A stretch of DNA of 63,657 bases, the filler included, from Octopus bimaculoides (taxonomy: Eukaryota): the NCBI RefSeq assembly GCF_001194135.2. It is 6 parts of 5 records of this genome, joined end to end, with 100 filler letters (N's around TTAATTAATTAA, not from the genome) between each part and the next. Parts side by side here need not be neighbours in the genome. Positions count along the whole stretch, not along the records: positions 16,592 to 31,147 come from NC_068986.1; positions 31,248 to 38,169 come from NC_069009.1; positions 38,270 to 49,039 come from NC_068987.1; 3 more parts are not named here. One strand, written 5' to 3'. This document shows, piece by piece, positions 27,300 to 38,718 of this stretch. Under the pieces are notes generated by a model. It was given only the letters and a program-made list of their open reading frames with translations, was not told the origin of the DNA and searched no databases. The stretch's first letter is position 1. Each line of letters begins with the position of its first letter. Position numbers and translations under genes: made by a program.

Positions 27300-28390
27300 A
27301 TATATCCATCTATTTAACTGACACTTCAATAACAGGATTAATAACCATTTGCCTGTCCTGTCTTTCACATGTGATACCCAGGACATATTTTCCTGGCATC
27401 CATGAACCATATATGGTACAAATTCTCAATTTTATTTTCAACCACCATTGTAACCTGGGACTTGTAAAGAGATAGATTTATATTGTTCAGAACATGTGAA
27501 ACAAGGGCTAATGTATATATATATATATATATATATNNNNNNNNNNNNNNNNNNNNNNNNNNNNNNNNNNNNNNNNNNNNNNNNNNNNNNNNNNNNNNNN
27601 NNNNNNNNNNNNNNNNNNNNNNNNNNNNNNNNNNNNNNNNNNNNNNNNNNNNNNNNNNNNNNNNNNNNNNNNNNNNNNNNNNNNNNNNNNNNNNNNNNNN
27701 NNNNNNNNNNNNNNNNNNNNNNNNNNNNNNNNNNNNNNNNNNNNNNNNNNNNNNNNNNNNNNNNNNNNNNNNNNNNNNNNNNNNNNNNNNNNNNNNNNNN
27801 NNNNNNNNNNNNNNNNNNNNNNNNNNNNNNNNNNNNNNNNNNNNNNNNNNNNNNNNNNNNNNNNNNNNNNNNNNNNNNNNNNNNNNNNNNNNNNNNNNNN
27901 NNNNNNNNCCTTGAACTCCATCTGATCTCAGGGCCTTCCAGTTGCCCACTTTTTTGCTGATTTCCTTCACTTCCTTAACTGAAATGACTAGCTCTGCCTG
28001 TTTGTTTCAGTTCTTGCAACCATTCAGCATCCTTCTTGTGCTCCTTGTCTTTGCTCCAGATGTCATTCCAAAACCTTTTACTTTCAGTGATATCTGGTAT
28101 AAACTTTTCACCTGTACACTCTCCATTTATTTATTTGTATAATCTCTTCTGATCTACTCTGAATAACCTATTCTGCTGGTATTCCTTCATTCTTTGGTCG
28201 AATCTTACCATCGTTGCTTTCTTTGCAACGAGGCGCTGTTTCAGTTCCTCCATTACAACTTTCAGGCCCTTTCTTTCAATATCATACTTCCTGTTCAGTC
28301 CCCTGTATTTTTGTTCGTTTTTAAGCTCCCTCTTCTCTTTTCGCTCTAACGCAGGAATGTCCGCCGAGAGCACATCTAACCCCGCATGTA
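27300..28390 (-). mobile_element. R4/Dong-clade non-LTR retrotransposon fragment A (gap inside)
   Basis: KQRLVAKKATMVRFDQRMKEYQQNRLF, GNWKALRSDGVQ and HIWFMDA (decayed FMDD). Confidence 0.75.
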
Positions 28391-28455
28391 TTCTTCTTCT
28401 TCTTCTTCTTCTTCTTCTTCTTCTTCTTCTTCTTCTTCTTCTTCTTCTTCTTCTT

Positions 28456-28486
<31 letters not shown>

Positions 28487-28499
28487 GTATTATCATCAT

Positions 28500-31088
28500 T
28501 ATTATTACTTACTTTGAATCTACATGTTTATTACAATCACTCGCCGAGACACACCCAGCGTCCTAGGGCGAGTGAAGGATAATAGATGTTATAGTATAAC
28601 TGAAAGCATAGGGAGGGGAAGCGGCATGGGCAGTAGCGAAATATCTTCATGTAATACAACACACATTTAAATTGATAGAACTTGTCGGTACAATCTTTTA
28701 GATTTCTCTGAGACATGGTTCTTCTCGGATTTTATCTAGATGTTTCTGACATCCTTTTCTCATCATACCTAAGGTACTCACAATAACAGGAACAGTTCTC
28801 GCTTTAAGATGCCACATCTTTTGTATTTAAATTTCCAGGTCCTTATATTTACTTAGTTTGTCAAATTCCTTTACAGATATATTTTTATCAGTGGGAACAC
28901 TTACATCTATTAGTCTCCAAGTATTTTCTTCTCTGTCCTTTCTGACAATGTCTGGTCGATTAACCTGGATCATTCTGTCGGTGTTGACTGGAAAATCCCA
29001 GAGGACAGTGACATTTTTACATTCAACGACTGTCTCAGGATGATGTTCATACCAGTAAGCAGGAGTGCTGATTTTGTAGTGTTTACATATTTTCCATTGT
29101 AAATGCTGTCGTATCCTATGGTGGCGATTTTTGTAATCGTTTGGTGTCAGCACAGGACATCCCGAAACGAAATGGTCTATTGTTTCATCAAATGTATCGC
29201 AAAATCTAGATTTAGGGTCAGAACCGTTTTGAAGAACGTTAGCCTGGTAGTTTTTGGTAGGCAAGCTTTGATCTTGTGCCGCCAATATGAAACCTTCAGT
29301 CTGTGCTTTCAGTCCCGAGCTTCTCAGCTACTGATGGGTTGTTGCTTGGTCTTCATCAGCATTTCGGCTTCGAAGTATAAACTGTCCATGCAGAGGCTTC
29401 TGTCTCCACTGCTTCTCAACTTGTTTCTACCCGTTCTTTTTTGCCGTCTGTTCGATCCGTTTTGCATTTTTCGTGACAGTTTCGGATTCTCCATCTAATT
29501 CAGGTTAATGCCAAGTTCTCTTGCAAATTTGCAAGTTTCCTTGACAATGGGATTTTTTGTTGCTTTCGTGTTTGCACACAAACCGCAGCATCCAGTGCTC
29601 TGTACTAAATAAATACTTGTTCATGTTATTGTGGAGGTCTTATAGCACAGTTCTACCTGCATCCATCATTCCTCTTCCCCCATTACTTCTAGGCAGGTAC
29701 AAACGATCAATGTCTGCTTTAGGGTGGTGCATGTTCTTAGATGTTAGTAGTTTCTTTGTCATCCTGTCCAGGTGTTGGAGCTCTGTAAGATTCCAGTTAA
29801 TGATGTTAAAACTGTATTGGACTATTGGAAGTGCCAGGGGTGTTAATGATTTCGATGCGATTTTTGGAGTTGAGCTCAGTTTTTAGTATGAGAATATTCT
29901 TCTGCAATACTCCTTTGGTACTTTTTCCTTCATAGTAGCATGTTGTGTACCATCTCCTTGATGGTAGTGTCGGTATCTAATTTAATGGAAGATGTTTTCT
30001 TGAGCTTGCCTCTTACAAAAGTTGCTTCAGCACACTTATCAACGCCAAAATCCATCCCCATGTCATTGCTGCATTCATTAAGAGTTGTTAACATCCCTAC
30101 TAGCTCTTCGCCATTTCTAGCAATCAACTTCAGATCGTCCATGTAAAACATTATATTATACACTTTGAACCCATACCTAGTGTTACTCAGTTCGTTTGAG
30201 AGTGGGATCAGTGCCATGCAAATGAGTAATAGGGAGAGAGAGAGTCACCTTGAAAGATGCCTTGTTTGATGTTGATGTTGATGTTGTTCGATTGGCTCAT
30301 CCCATTACTATGGTTTAGAAGGAGACGTGTATTACACTTGGCCATGCTGCCTTGTAAGAATTTGGAAACTACAGAAAAGATCTTGTATATCTCAAGGGTC
30401 TTGAGTAGCCAATTATGTGGGTCACTATCAAACGCTTGCCTGTAGTCGATCCATGCCATACTCAGGTTCTTCTTGTTGCTCTGTCAATTCTCTACAATCA
30501 TTTTATTTATGAGTAATTGATCTTTGCATCCATACGAATTCCTTTTATAACCTTTTTTGAGCTTGTGGAAGGATAGATATCTGTTCCAGGGAAGCGTATA
30601 TTCTTTCAGTTAGTATGGATCTGAGGATCTTTTAAGTGGTGTTTTGACATGTTATTGGTCGGTAGTTCTTTGGATTTTCGTGTATTCAGTTTTGGTATAA
30701 GGTATGTGTTTCCTTCAGCCAGTTAGGCAGGTATTTGCCCTGGGTTCTGGATGACATCAGCTAGGGATTCAGCAAAATTTTGCTGTACCTCTGTCAAACA
30801 ATTCAGCCAGAATTTAGGGATCCGGTCCAGTCTTGGTGTTCTCCATTTGTGAGACTTTCTAAGAACATATCTTAGCTCTTCTCCTATTGCCTCCCATTTC
30901 TGCTCTTCAACTTCATCCAGTTTCACTTTCTCAGATTCTATCCAGTGAGCTTAAGCATTATATTTTTTTTTCGTTGCTCCATGTCTTCTTCTAGAACTCT
31001 TCTATTTCCTCAGTCCGAGGTAGCTCCTTTACTTCTATCTTGCTTTTGCCAATTTCCCTATAATTTTTTTTTATTCGTCTTGAATACC
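28500..31088 (-). mobile_element. R4/Dong-clade non-LTR retrotransposon B, 5'-truncated: RT, zinc knuckle, restriction-like endonuclease, 3' UTR
   Basis: AWIDYRQAFDS, GIFQGDSLSP, FYMDDLKL, decayed CCHC knuckle (SRFC..DETIDHFVSGC), RPDIV..LIDVSVP..K..KY.DL; disrupted by stops and frameshifts. Confidence 0.92.
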
Positions 31089-31247
31089 TTCTTCTTCTTC
31101 TTCTTCTTCTTCTTCTTCTTCTTCTTCTTCTTCTTCTTCTTCTTCTTNNNNNNNNNNNNNNNNNNNNNNNNNNNNNNNNNNNNNNNNNNNNTTAATTAAT
31201 TAANNNNNNNNNNNNNNNNNNNNNNNNNNNNNNNNNNNNNNNNNNNN

Positions 31248-31302
<55 letters not shown>

Positions 31303-31400
31303 GAGTCAGTTCAAATAAACGACCAATAAAATTAACAATAAAGAAGAACAAGCGGACATGCACAAGGGATGTATCTGTTTGATGCTCAGTAAAAAGAGTT

Positions 31401-31433
31401 TTTGATGTTTCGAGCATAGCTCTTCGTCGGAAA
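31401..31433 (-). ncRNA. Decayed minimal type I hammerhead ribozyme
   Basis: Minus: TTT CCGACGA A GAGC TAT GCTC GAAA CATC AAA; the core differs from CUGACGA by one change. Confidence 0.55.
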
Positions 31434-31732
31434 GGTCTGAAGAAGGAAAAATTAAAATCACCAACTGCATGTGTGTAGTACATTGCTGAAGTGACCAGAA
31501 GTGTTTTTTTGGGGGGACAGGCGAGTGTGCAGATGGCCACTGTGTGTCACATATATATATACATGACCTGCTTCTTTCAGTTTCTGTCTATCGAATCCAC
31601 TCACAAGGCTTTAGTCATACTAGGACTATAACAGGGGGGCATTTACCCAAGGTGTCATGTAGTGTGATTGACCCAGAAATAATGTGGTTGGGAAGCACAC
31701 TTCTTAACACACAGCCATGCCTGTCTGCCTCC

Positions 31733-33535
31733 TATGAGAAGGTATCGAAAAGAAACCGGAATTTTGCAATATTATTTTATTCATTTAGTTTTACACATTT
31801 AAAAATTTATTGCCTTTAGAGTATTCTCCATTTGAAGTAATGCATCAGTCCAGATGCATTTTCCACTGTTCGAAGCAGTCCTGGAACTCTTGCGAAGTGA
31901 CACCTTTTAACACCTCAGTTGTTCTTCACCATGGAGGCGCAATGGCACAGTGGTTAGAGCAGCGGACTCGTGGTCATAGGATCGCGGTTTCGATTCCCAT
32001 ACCGGGCGTTGTGAGTGTTTATTGAGCGGAAACACCTAAAGCTCCACGAGGCTCTAGCAGGGGATGGTGGCGAACCCTGCTGTACTCTTCCACCACAACT
32101 TTCTCTCACTCTTACTTCCTGTTTCTGTTGTGCCTGTAATTCAAAGGGGTCAGCCTTGTCACACTGTGTCACGCTGAATATCCCCAAGAACTACGTTAAG
32201 GGTACACGTNNNNNNNNNNNNNNNNNNNNNNNNNNNNNNNNNNNNNNNNNNNNNNNNNNNNNNNNNNNNNNNNNNNNNNNNNNNNNNNNNNNNNNNNNNN
32301 NNNNNNNNNNNNNNNNNNNNNNNNNNNNNNNNNNNNNNNNNNNNNNNNNNNNNNNNNNNNNNNNNNNNNNNNNNNNNNNNNNNNNNNNNNNNNNNNNNNN
32401 NNNNNNNNNNNNNNNNNNNNNNNNNNNNNNNNNNNNNNNNNNNNNNNNNNNNNNNNNNNNNNNNNNNNNNNNNNNNNNNNNNNNNNNNNNNNNNNNNNNN
32501 NNNNNNNNNNNNNNNNNNNNNNNNNNNNNNNNNNNNNNNNNNNNNNNNNNNNNNNNNNNNNNNNNNNNNNNNNNNNNNNNNNNNNNNNNNNNNNNNNNNN
32601 NNNNNNNNNNNNNNNNNNNNNNNNNNNNNNNNNNNNNNNNNNNNNTCCACATCTGCAAAAAGTTTTCCTTTAAGGACTTTTTTCATTCAGGGGAACAAAA
32701 GAATGTCACAGGGAGCAAGATCTGGTGAAAGGGCAGGTGGGTAAGCGGAGTCATGCCATTTTTGGTTAGAAACTGTCTCACACTCAAGGCGGTGTGTGCA
32801 GGAGCATTGTCGTAATGAAACCACCGCTCTCCCCTTTGCCACAGGTCAGGGTGTTTTTGTCTTAACGCATCTCGCAAACACTTCAGAACTGCCGAGTAAA
32901 ATGTCTGATTAACAGTTTGACCTCAAGAAACAAATTTTGTGTGGACAATTCCTTTTGCATTGATGAAACAAATCAGCATCGTCTTGATATTAGACTTCAC
33001 TTGATGCCCTTTTTAGGGGACGTGGTGACATTGAATGCTTCTGTTGACTTGGTTGCTGCTTTGTTTCTGGGTCATAGACATAGTCCCAGCTTTCGTCACC
33101 AGTGATAAACCTTCGAAAAAATGTCTGGATCAATTTCTATTTGTTCTTTCAGTTCACAACACGCATTCAGTCATGACTATTTTTGATCTTCCATGAGCAA
33201 GCAAGCCCAACTTTTACAGCAACTCTTTTTATCCACAATTCCTTGCTCAAAATTCATTGGCAAAAGCTCCAGGGACACACCAGTCATATCAACAAGTTCA
33301 CCAATTGTCTAGCAATGGTCCTCTAAGATCAGTTCATGTTTTCATTTGTTCAGGGGGTTGCCAGTCACCCTGAGCAAGGTTGGTCTTCAACTGACAAATG
33401 ACCATTCTGAAAGCAGGAAAACTACTTGTAAACTTGTGTTTTGTTCATAGCAGCTTCTTTGTAATCTTGTTGCAACATAACAACTGTTTCAGTCACTGTT
33501 TTCCCCAGCAGAAAAAGAACTTCATGGAAGCCTTT
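31733..33535 (-). mobile_element. Mariner transposon relic interrupted by a SINE and a gap
   Basis: WFHYDNAPAHTALSVRQFL, LKGKLFADV, then FQDCFEQWK..SNGEY beyond the SINE; TIR-like end at 31733. Confidence 0.88.
31931..32209 (+). mobile_element. tRNA-derived SINE, family A, inserted in mariner
   Basis: Head TGGAGGCGCAATGGCACAGTGGTTAGAG; body matches the other family A copies; truncated by gap. Confidence 0.9.
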
Positions 33536-33548
33536 AGAAATTTCTAAA

Positions 33549-33835
33549 GGCAGCGAGCTGGCAAAAATGTTACGACACCGGGCGAAATGCTTAGTGGGGT
33601 CGATGTAATCGACTTAATCCCTTTGTCTGTCCTTGTTTGTCCCCTCTGTGTTTAGCCCCTTGTGGGCAATAAAGAAATAAGAAACGTTAGCACACCGGGC
33701 GAAATGCTTAGCGGTATTTCATCTGCGATTACATTCTAAGTTCAAATTCTGGCAAGGTCGACTTTGCCTTTCATCCTTTTGGGATTGATAAATTAAGTAC
33801 CAGTTACACACTGGGGTCGATGTAATCGACTTAAT
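33549..33835 (+). mobile_element. SINE family B tail-to-head dimer
   Basis: Internally deleted unit 33549-33681 joined to a second unit starting AAACGTTAGC at 33682. Confidence 0.8.
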
Positions 33836-35945
33836 AAGATTCAGTTTTTTGTCATACTTTTAGAAAGANNNNNNNNNNNNNNNNNNNNNNNNNNNNNNNN
33901 NNNNNNNNNNNNNNNNNNNNNNNNNNNNNNNNNNNNNNNNNNNNNNNNNNNNNNNNNNNNNNNNNNNNNNNNNNNNNNNNNNNNNNNNNNNNNNNNNNNN
34001 NNNNNNNNNNNNNNNNNNNNNNNNNNNNNNNNNNNNNNNNNNNNNNNNNNNNNNNNNNNNNNNNNNNNNNNNNNNNNNNNNNNNNNNNNNNNNNNNNNNN
34101 NNNNNNNNNNNNNNNNNNNNNNNNNNNNNNNNNNNNNNNNNNNNNNNNNNNNNNNNNNNNNNNNNNNNNNNNNNNNNNNNNNNNNNNNNNNNNNNNNNNN
34201 NNNNNNNNNNNNNNNNNNNNNNNNNNNNNNNNNNNNNNNNNNNNNNNNNNNNNNNNNNNNNNNNNNNNNNNNNNNNNNNNNNNNNNNNNNNNNNNNNNNN
34301 NNNNNNNNNNNNNNNNNNNNNNNNNNNNNNNNNNNNNNNNNNNNNNNNNNNNNNNNNNNNNNNNNNNNNNNNNNNNNNNAATTTTAAAAAAAAATTTTTT
34401 TAAATACATTTATTTTTGAATGGGATATTGTTACCTTTTCCTCTTATGCAAACTGTCAAATTTATCCCAAACCCCCTGTACACCAGGTCCCAGAGTCTTC
34501 TTGAGACTGTTGGTGGAAGCTGAGAGCAGCTACTTTATGTAAACTGTCATCTTCCTGCCATATTCATCATCATCACCATCACCATCGTCATCATCATCAT
34601 CATTATCATTTAACACCTGTCTTCCGTGCATTAATGGGTAGGATGGTTGACAGGAGCCGGCCAGGTAGAAGACTACCCAAGGCTACTGTGTCTGATTTGG
34701 CAGGGTTTCTATGGCTAGATGCCTTTCCTAATGCCAACCACTCAGCAGAGTGGATTCAATTGATATTTAAAAAATTTTTTTTTAATATTTTAATTTTTGG
34801 ATGGAATGTTGTCTTTTCTTATCCCTTTATACAAATTGTCAAACTCAGTGTTTTATCATGGCTACCGAATAAGTGTCACATAATTTTACAGGTAAACACA
34901 CACACACACACAAACACACTAACAGGTAAACCACCAAACCATGCACACACACGTTCTGTTATCACACACGCACTCGCAGACTCTCGCGCACGCACAGATA
35001 TTCATCTCCCTTTTTCACTCTCCTGTCTTAGAAAGAACTTTTACCCCACCACCTCCTCTTCCGGTCTTTTCATAATGTAACCTCGTGGGCNNNNNNNNNN
35101 NNNNNNNNNNNNNNNNNNNNNNNNNNNNNNNNNNNNNNNNNNNNNNNNNNNNNNNNNNNNNNNNNNNNNNNNNNNNNNNNNNNNNNNNNNNNNNNNNNNN
35201 NNNNNNNNNNNNNNNNNNNNNNNNNNNNNNNNNNNNNNNNNNNNNNNNNNNNNNNNNNNNNNNNNNNNNNNNNNNNNNNNNNNNNNNNNNNNNNNNNNNN
35301 NNNNNNNNNNNNNNNNNNNNNNNNNNNNNNNNNNNNNNNNNNNNNNNNNNNNNNNNNNNNNNNNNNNNNNNNNNNNNNNNNNNNNNNNNNNNNNNNNNNN
35401 NNNNNNNNNNNNNNNNNNNNNNNNNNNNNNNNNNNNNNNNNNNNNNNNNNNNNNNNNNNNNNNNNNNNNNNNNNNNNNNNNNNNNNNNNNNNNNNNNNNN
35501 NNNNNNNNNNNNNNNNNNNNNNNNNNNNNNNNNNNNNNNNNNNNNNNNNNNNNNNNNNNNNNNNNNNNNNNNNNNNNNNNNNNNNNNNNNNNNNNNNNNN
35601 NNNNNNNNNNNNNNNNNNNNNNNNNNNNNNNNNNNNNNNNNNNNNNNNNNNNNNNNNNNNNNNNNNNNNNNNNNNNNNNNNNNNNNNNNNNNNNNNNNNN
35701 NNNNNNNNNNNNNNNNTCAAATACCCAAAATTTCTAGGAGTTCCTGCCTTAAAAACAGGAACTATACCACAGTTATTTTGTGTTCTTTGCTACATTGGTT
35801 TCTATTAACCCATTTATTCTATCCGAAGAATTTTTATTCATTAAGATAGAAGAAATACGCATAATTAAATATATATATATATATATAATATATTATCGCT
35901 TGTTTCCACTTTTTCGAGATCAATAACTTTTCATCACTGGAAAAA

Positions 35946-35979
<34 letters not shown>

Positions 35980-36011
35980 CCATTGAGAACCACTTTGCAT
36001 TGCCAGTCTGT

Positions 36012-36056
36012 CACACGCTGATGACAGATCAATACCCAGAAACTCGGGTCTGTGTG
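36012..36056 (+). ncRNA. Type I hammerhead ribozyme with decayed stem II
   Basis: CACACG CTGATGA CAGATCAATACCCA GAAA CTCGGGTC TGTGTG: stem I 6 bp (one G-U), intact core, GUC site. Confidence 0.65.
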
Positions 36057-36438
36057 TATCACATCAGGCAGGAGATGGGAAAGATGACTTCCCTTTGCAA
36101 ATACTGATAGGGCGCAGATAGTGTGTCAATAGCCAGCTGGAGAAGATGTCTTCCTGGGGCTACAGGCTACAGTAGCATTGACCCTTAAGGGTTAGCCACA
36201 TTTAGGTGGCAAATATACTTCACGATGTCGTGCAGCTACTGTTTATATCTCGCTCAGAGATTTATTATATATGAATATATATATATATATAAATTAGAAA
36301 TAATGAATTTCTAAATCTCTCAGAGAGACTTAAGCAGTAGTGATGCGATAAAGTAGTTGTATACTGCCAACTTAACGTGACAGTCCCAATAAGAGAATAT
36401 ACTACTGCTGTTTATCCCTAGGACCGCTTCCTATTAAC

Positions 36439-36793
36439 GTATACAACTACTTTATCGCATCACTACTGCTTAAGTCTCTCTGAGAGATTTAGAAATTCAT
36501 TATTTCTAATTTTTGTAACCAGTGAATGTATTTCACTGAAATAGTATAGAGACAGATTTCTTCATCTAGCCAGTCTTGCTACTTCAGGCTGATGACGAGC
36601 AAAGACTCAGAAACATGTCCCTGAATGCAGGCTGGGCTGGGTGAAGGAGTTTGTCTCCCCCTCATAAGGATAAGGGCACAGGAAATGTGTCAAGGCCTAA
36701 TAGGAAGCGGTCTCGCTTCCTAGGGCTAAACAGCAGTAGTATATTCCCTTATTGGGACTATCATGTTAAGTTGACAATATACAACTACTTTAT
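36439..36793 (+). mobile_element. Retrozyme- or PLE pseudo-LTR-like monomer, 338-nt period
   Basis: TATACAACTACTTTAT at 36440 recurs at 36778; contains a hammerhead; no ORF. Confidence 0.7.
36583..36625 (+). ncRNA. Type I hammerhead ribozyme with palindromic minimal stem III
   Basis: TTCAGG CTGATGA C GAG CAAAGA CTC A GAAA CATGTC CCTGAA: perfect 6-bp stem I, ACATGT palindrome, GUC site at 36617-36619. Confidence 0.8.
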
Positions 36794-37701
36794 ATATATA
36801 TATATATAATTATCGTTGTTGTAACGTCCACTTTTCCATGCTTGGATGGGTCAGGAATACTTCGTTGAAGCAGATATTACATGACTGGATGCTGTTCCTG
36901 TCATCAACACTTACCTGTTTCTAAGTAAAGTAGAAAGCACCTGTGCTGGTGCCGTGTAAAAAGCACCCTGTACACGCCGTAGAGTGGTTAGCGTTGGGAA
37001 GGGTATCCATCCACAGAAACCATGCCAGAACCAATAATTGGAGCCTGGTGCAGCTCTTTGTCTTGCCAGCTCCAGTCAAACCGTCCAACCATACCAGCAT
37101 GGAAAACGGACACTAAATGATGATGATGATGATGATGATTATTATTATTATTGATGTGTCTTTGTGTGTCCCCCACTACCGCATGGCAACCATAGTTCAG
37201 AATAAGAGAGCGATAGAATAAGAACCTGGGTTAAATAAGAAGCTCTGGAGATGGGGGTAATCTTTTCGACTAAATCCCTCCAAAGTGGTGCTACAGCATG
37301 GCCAAAGCCCAATGACCGAAACAAATAAATGGTTAAAGATATTGTGATTGTATCGAGAAAATAGTGTTAAGGGAGGTAACTCTTAAGAGCATGGGAGGAA
37401 AGATGACCAAGATGTCAAATTATCTCCCTTTACAACGCTTGGCATTTCAGGAAACCGAACTAGTTTTTTTTCAAGGGAGAAAAAAAGAAAGGGCAATTTT
37501 TGGAGCATAATCTTCAAAGCAGAGATGGATGTTGGTTATGGGTGCCTGTTCTGGCTTTTCGCATTCTTCCTGATTGCAAAGCAAATACCAGTAGACGCAA
37601 CCAAATAAGTTTGGTTTCAATCCAACTGCACAGTACCTTGGGCCAGTGTTTTCTGCTGTAGCTCTTGGCGAATCAATGCGTTGTGAGTGAACGTTGTAGA
37701 C

Positions 37702-37760
37702 CAGTGGTTCCCAAATTTTTTCGGCTGCCGCCCCCTTGACTCCCGGGCCACATGTTCTGT
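37702..37760 (+). mobile_element. hAT-type terminus
   Basis: CAGTGGTTCCCAA start typical of hAT TIRs; partner end not found. Confidence 0.4.
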
Positions 37761-37844
37761 TTCAGTGATGGCTTATCAGAAACCAAAGAAAAATATTTAG
37801 CAAGAGCTTTTCCTATATTTTCCCTTCTTTCCATACATTATACA

Positions 37845-38110
37845 TTAGTTAGTTCTCCCCATGTCATGAGGTAAATAAGGGTACAACATGATCTTTCCAC
37901 CCAGCTCTGTCTTCTGCCACTGTCCTGGTCTCATTCCAGCTCCTCCACCCTTCTTGTTTCCTTTCCTTGCAAATGATCCTTCGCCATGTGTGGTTTTATG
38001 GCACCCTGCAGATCCTTTTCTCTCAGGCTGCCACTTTTGTGCCACCATACAATCGTTTTCTCCAATCTTGTCTGAAGATGTGTCAGATCCAGTCCCAGTG
38101 TCTTTGTCTT
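37845..38110 (-). pseudogene. RTE-clade LINE 3' end
   Basis: TWRRIICKERKQEGWRSWNETRTVAEDRAGWKDHVVPL matches the RTE C-terminal pattern. Confidence 0.75.
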
Positions 38111-38119
38111 ATTTCATCA

Positions 38120-38169
<50 letters not shown>

Positions 38170-38269
38170 NNNNNNNNNNNNNNNNNNNNNNNNNNNNNNN
38201 NNNNNNNNNNNNNTTAATTAATTAANNNNNNNNNNNNNNNNNNNNNNNNNNNNNNNNNNNNNNNNNNNN

Positions 38270-38718
38270 CTGGGCGGTCATAAAAATGTTATTCCCTGTG
38301 ACATATTTCATCCGGTTTAATCGTAATTTATACGCATATATTGTTTATATAATAAATTACGCTGTACGTATCTGTGTGTGTAACAATTTTAGAGTTCGGA
38401 TTCTTGAGTTAGGGTTAGTTTTAGGGTTAGGGTTACGGTCACGGTTACGGTTAACAGTCTAGTTAGGGTTAGGGTTAGGGGATTAATACGATATACACCG
38501 TTACAGCGCTAACTGTTTTCAACTGAATCGACGTCAGTGATTAGTAGAAATTATCGAAATAAGACAATTTTTTACATGAAATAAATTCGAATACAAAAAT
38601 ATTTTTCTGTTCTATAACACAAAATAGATAAGTATACGAAGTTTGAAAGTCTTTCGGTACCAAAAACACTACATAAAACATAAATGAAAACTGGTGCCCC
38701 CGTTTTAAAATAGATCCC
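38270..38718 (+). mobile_element. Probable non-autonomous DNA element carrying TTAGGG repeats
   Basis: Internal TTAGGG/TTACGG runs at ~38408-38482; possible terminus GCCCCCGTTTTAAAATAGATCCC; 5' end in gap. Confidence 0.45.
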
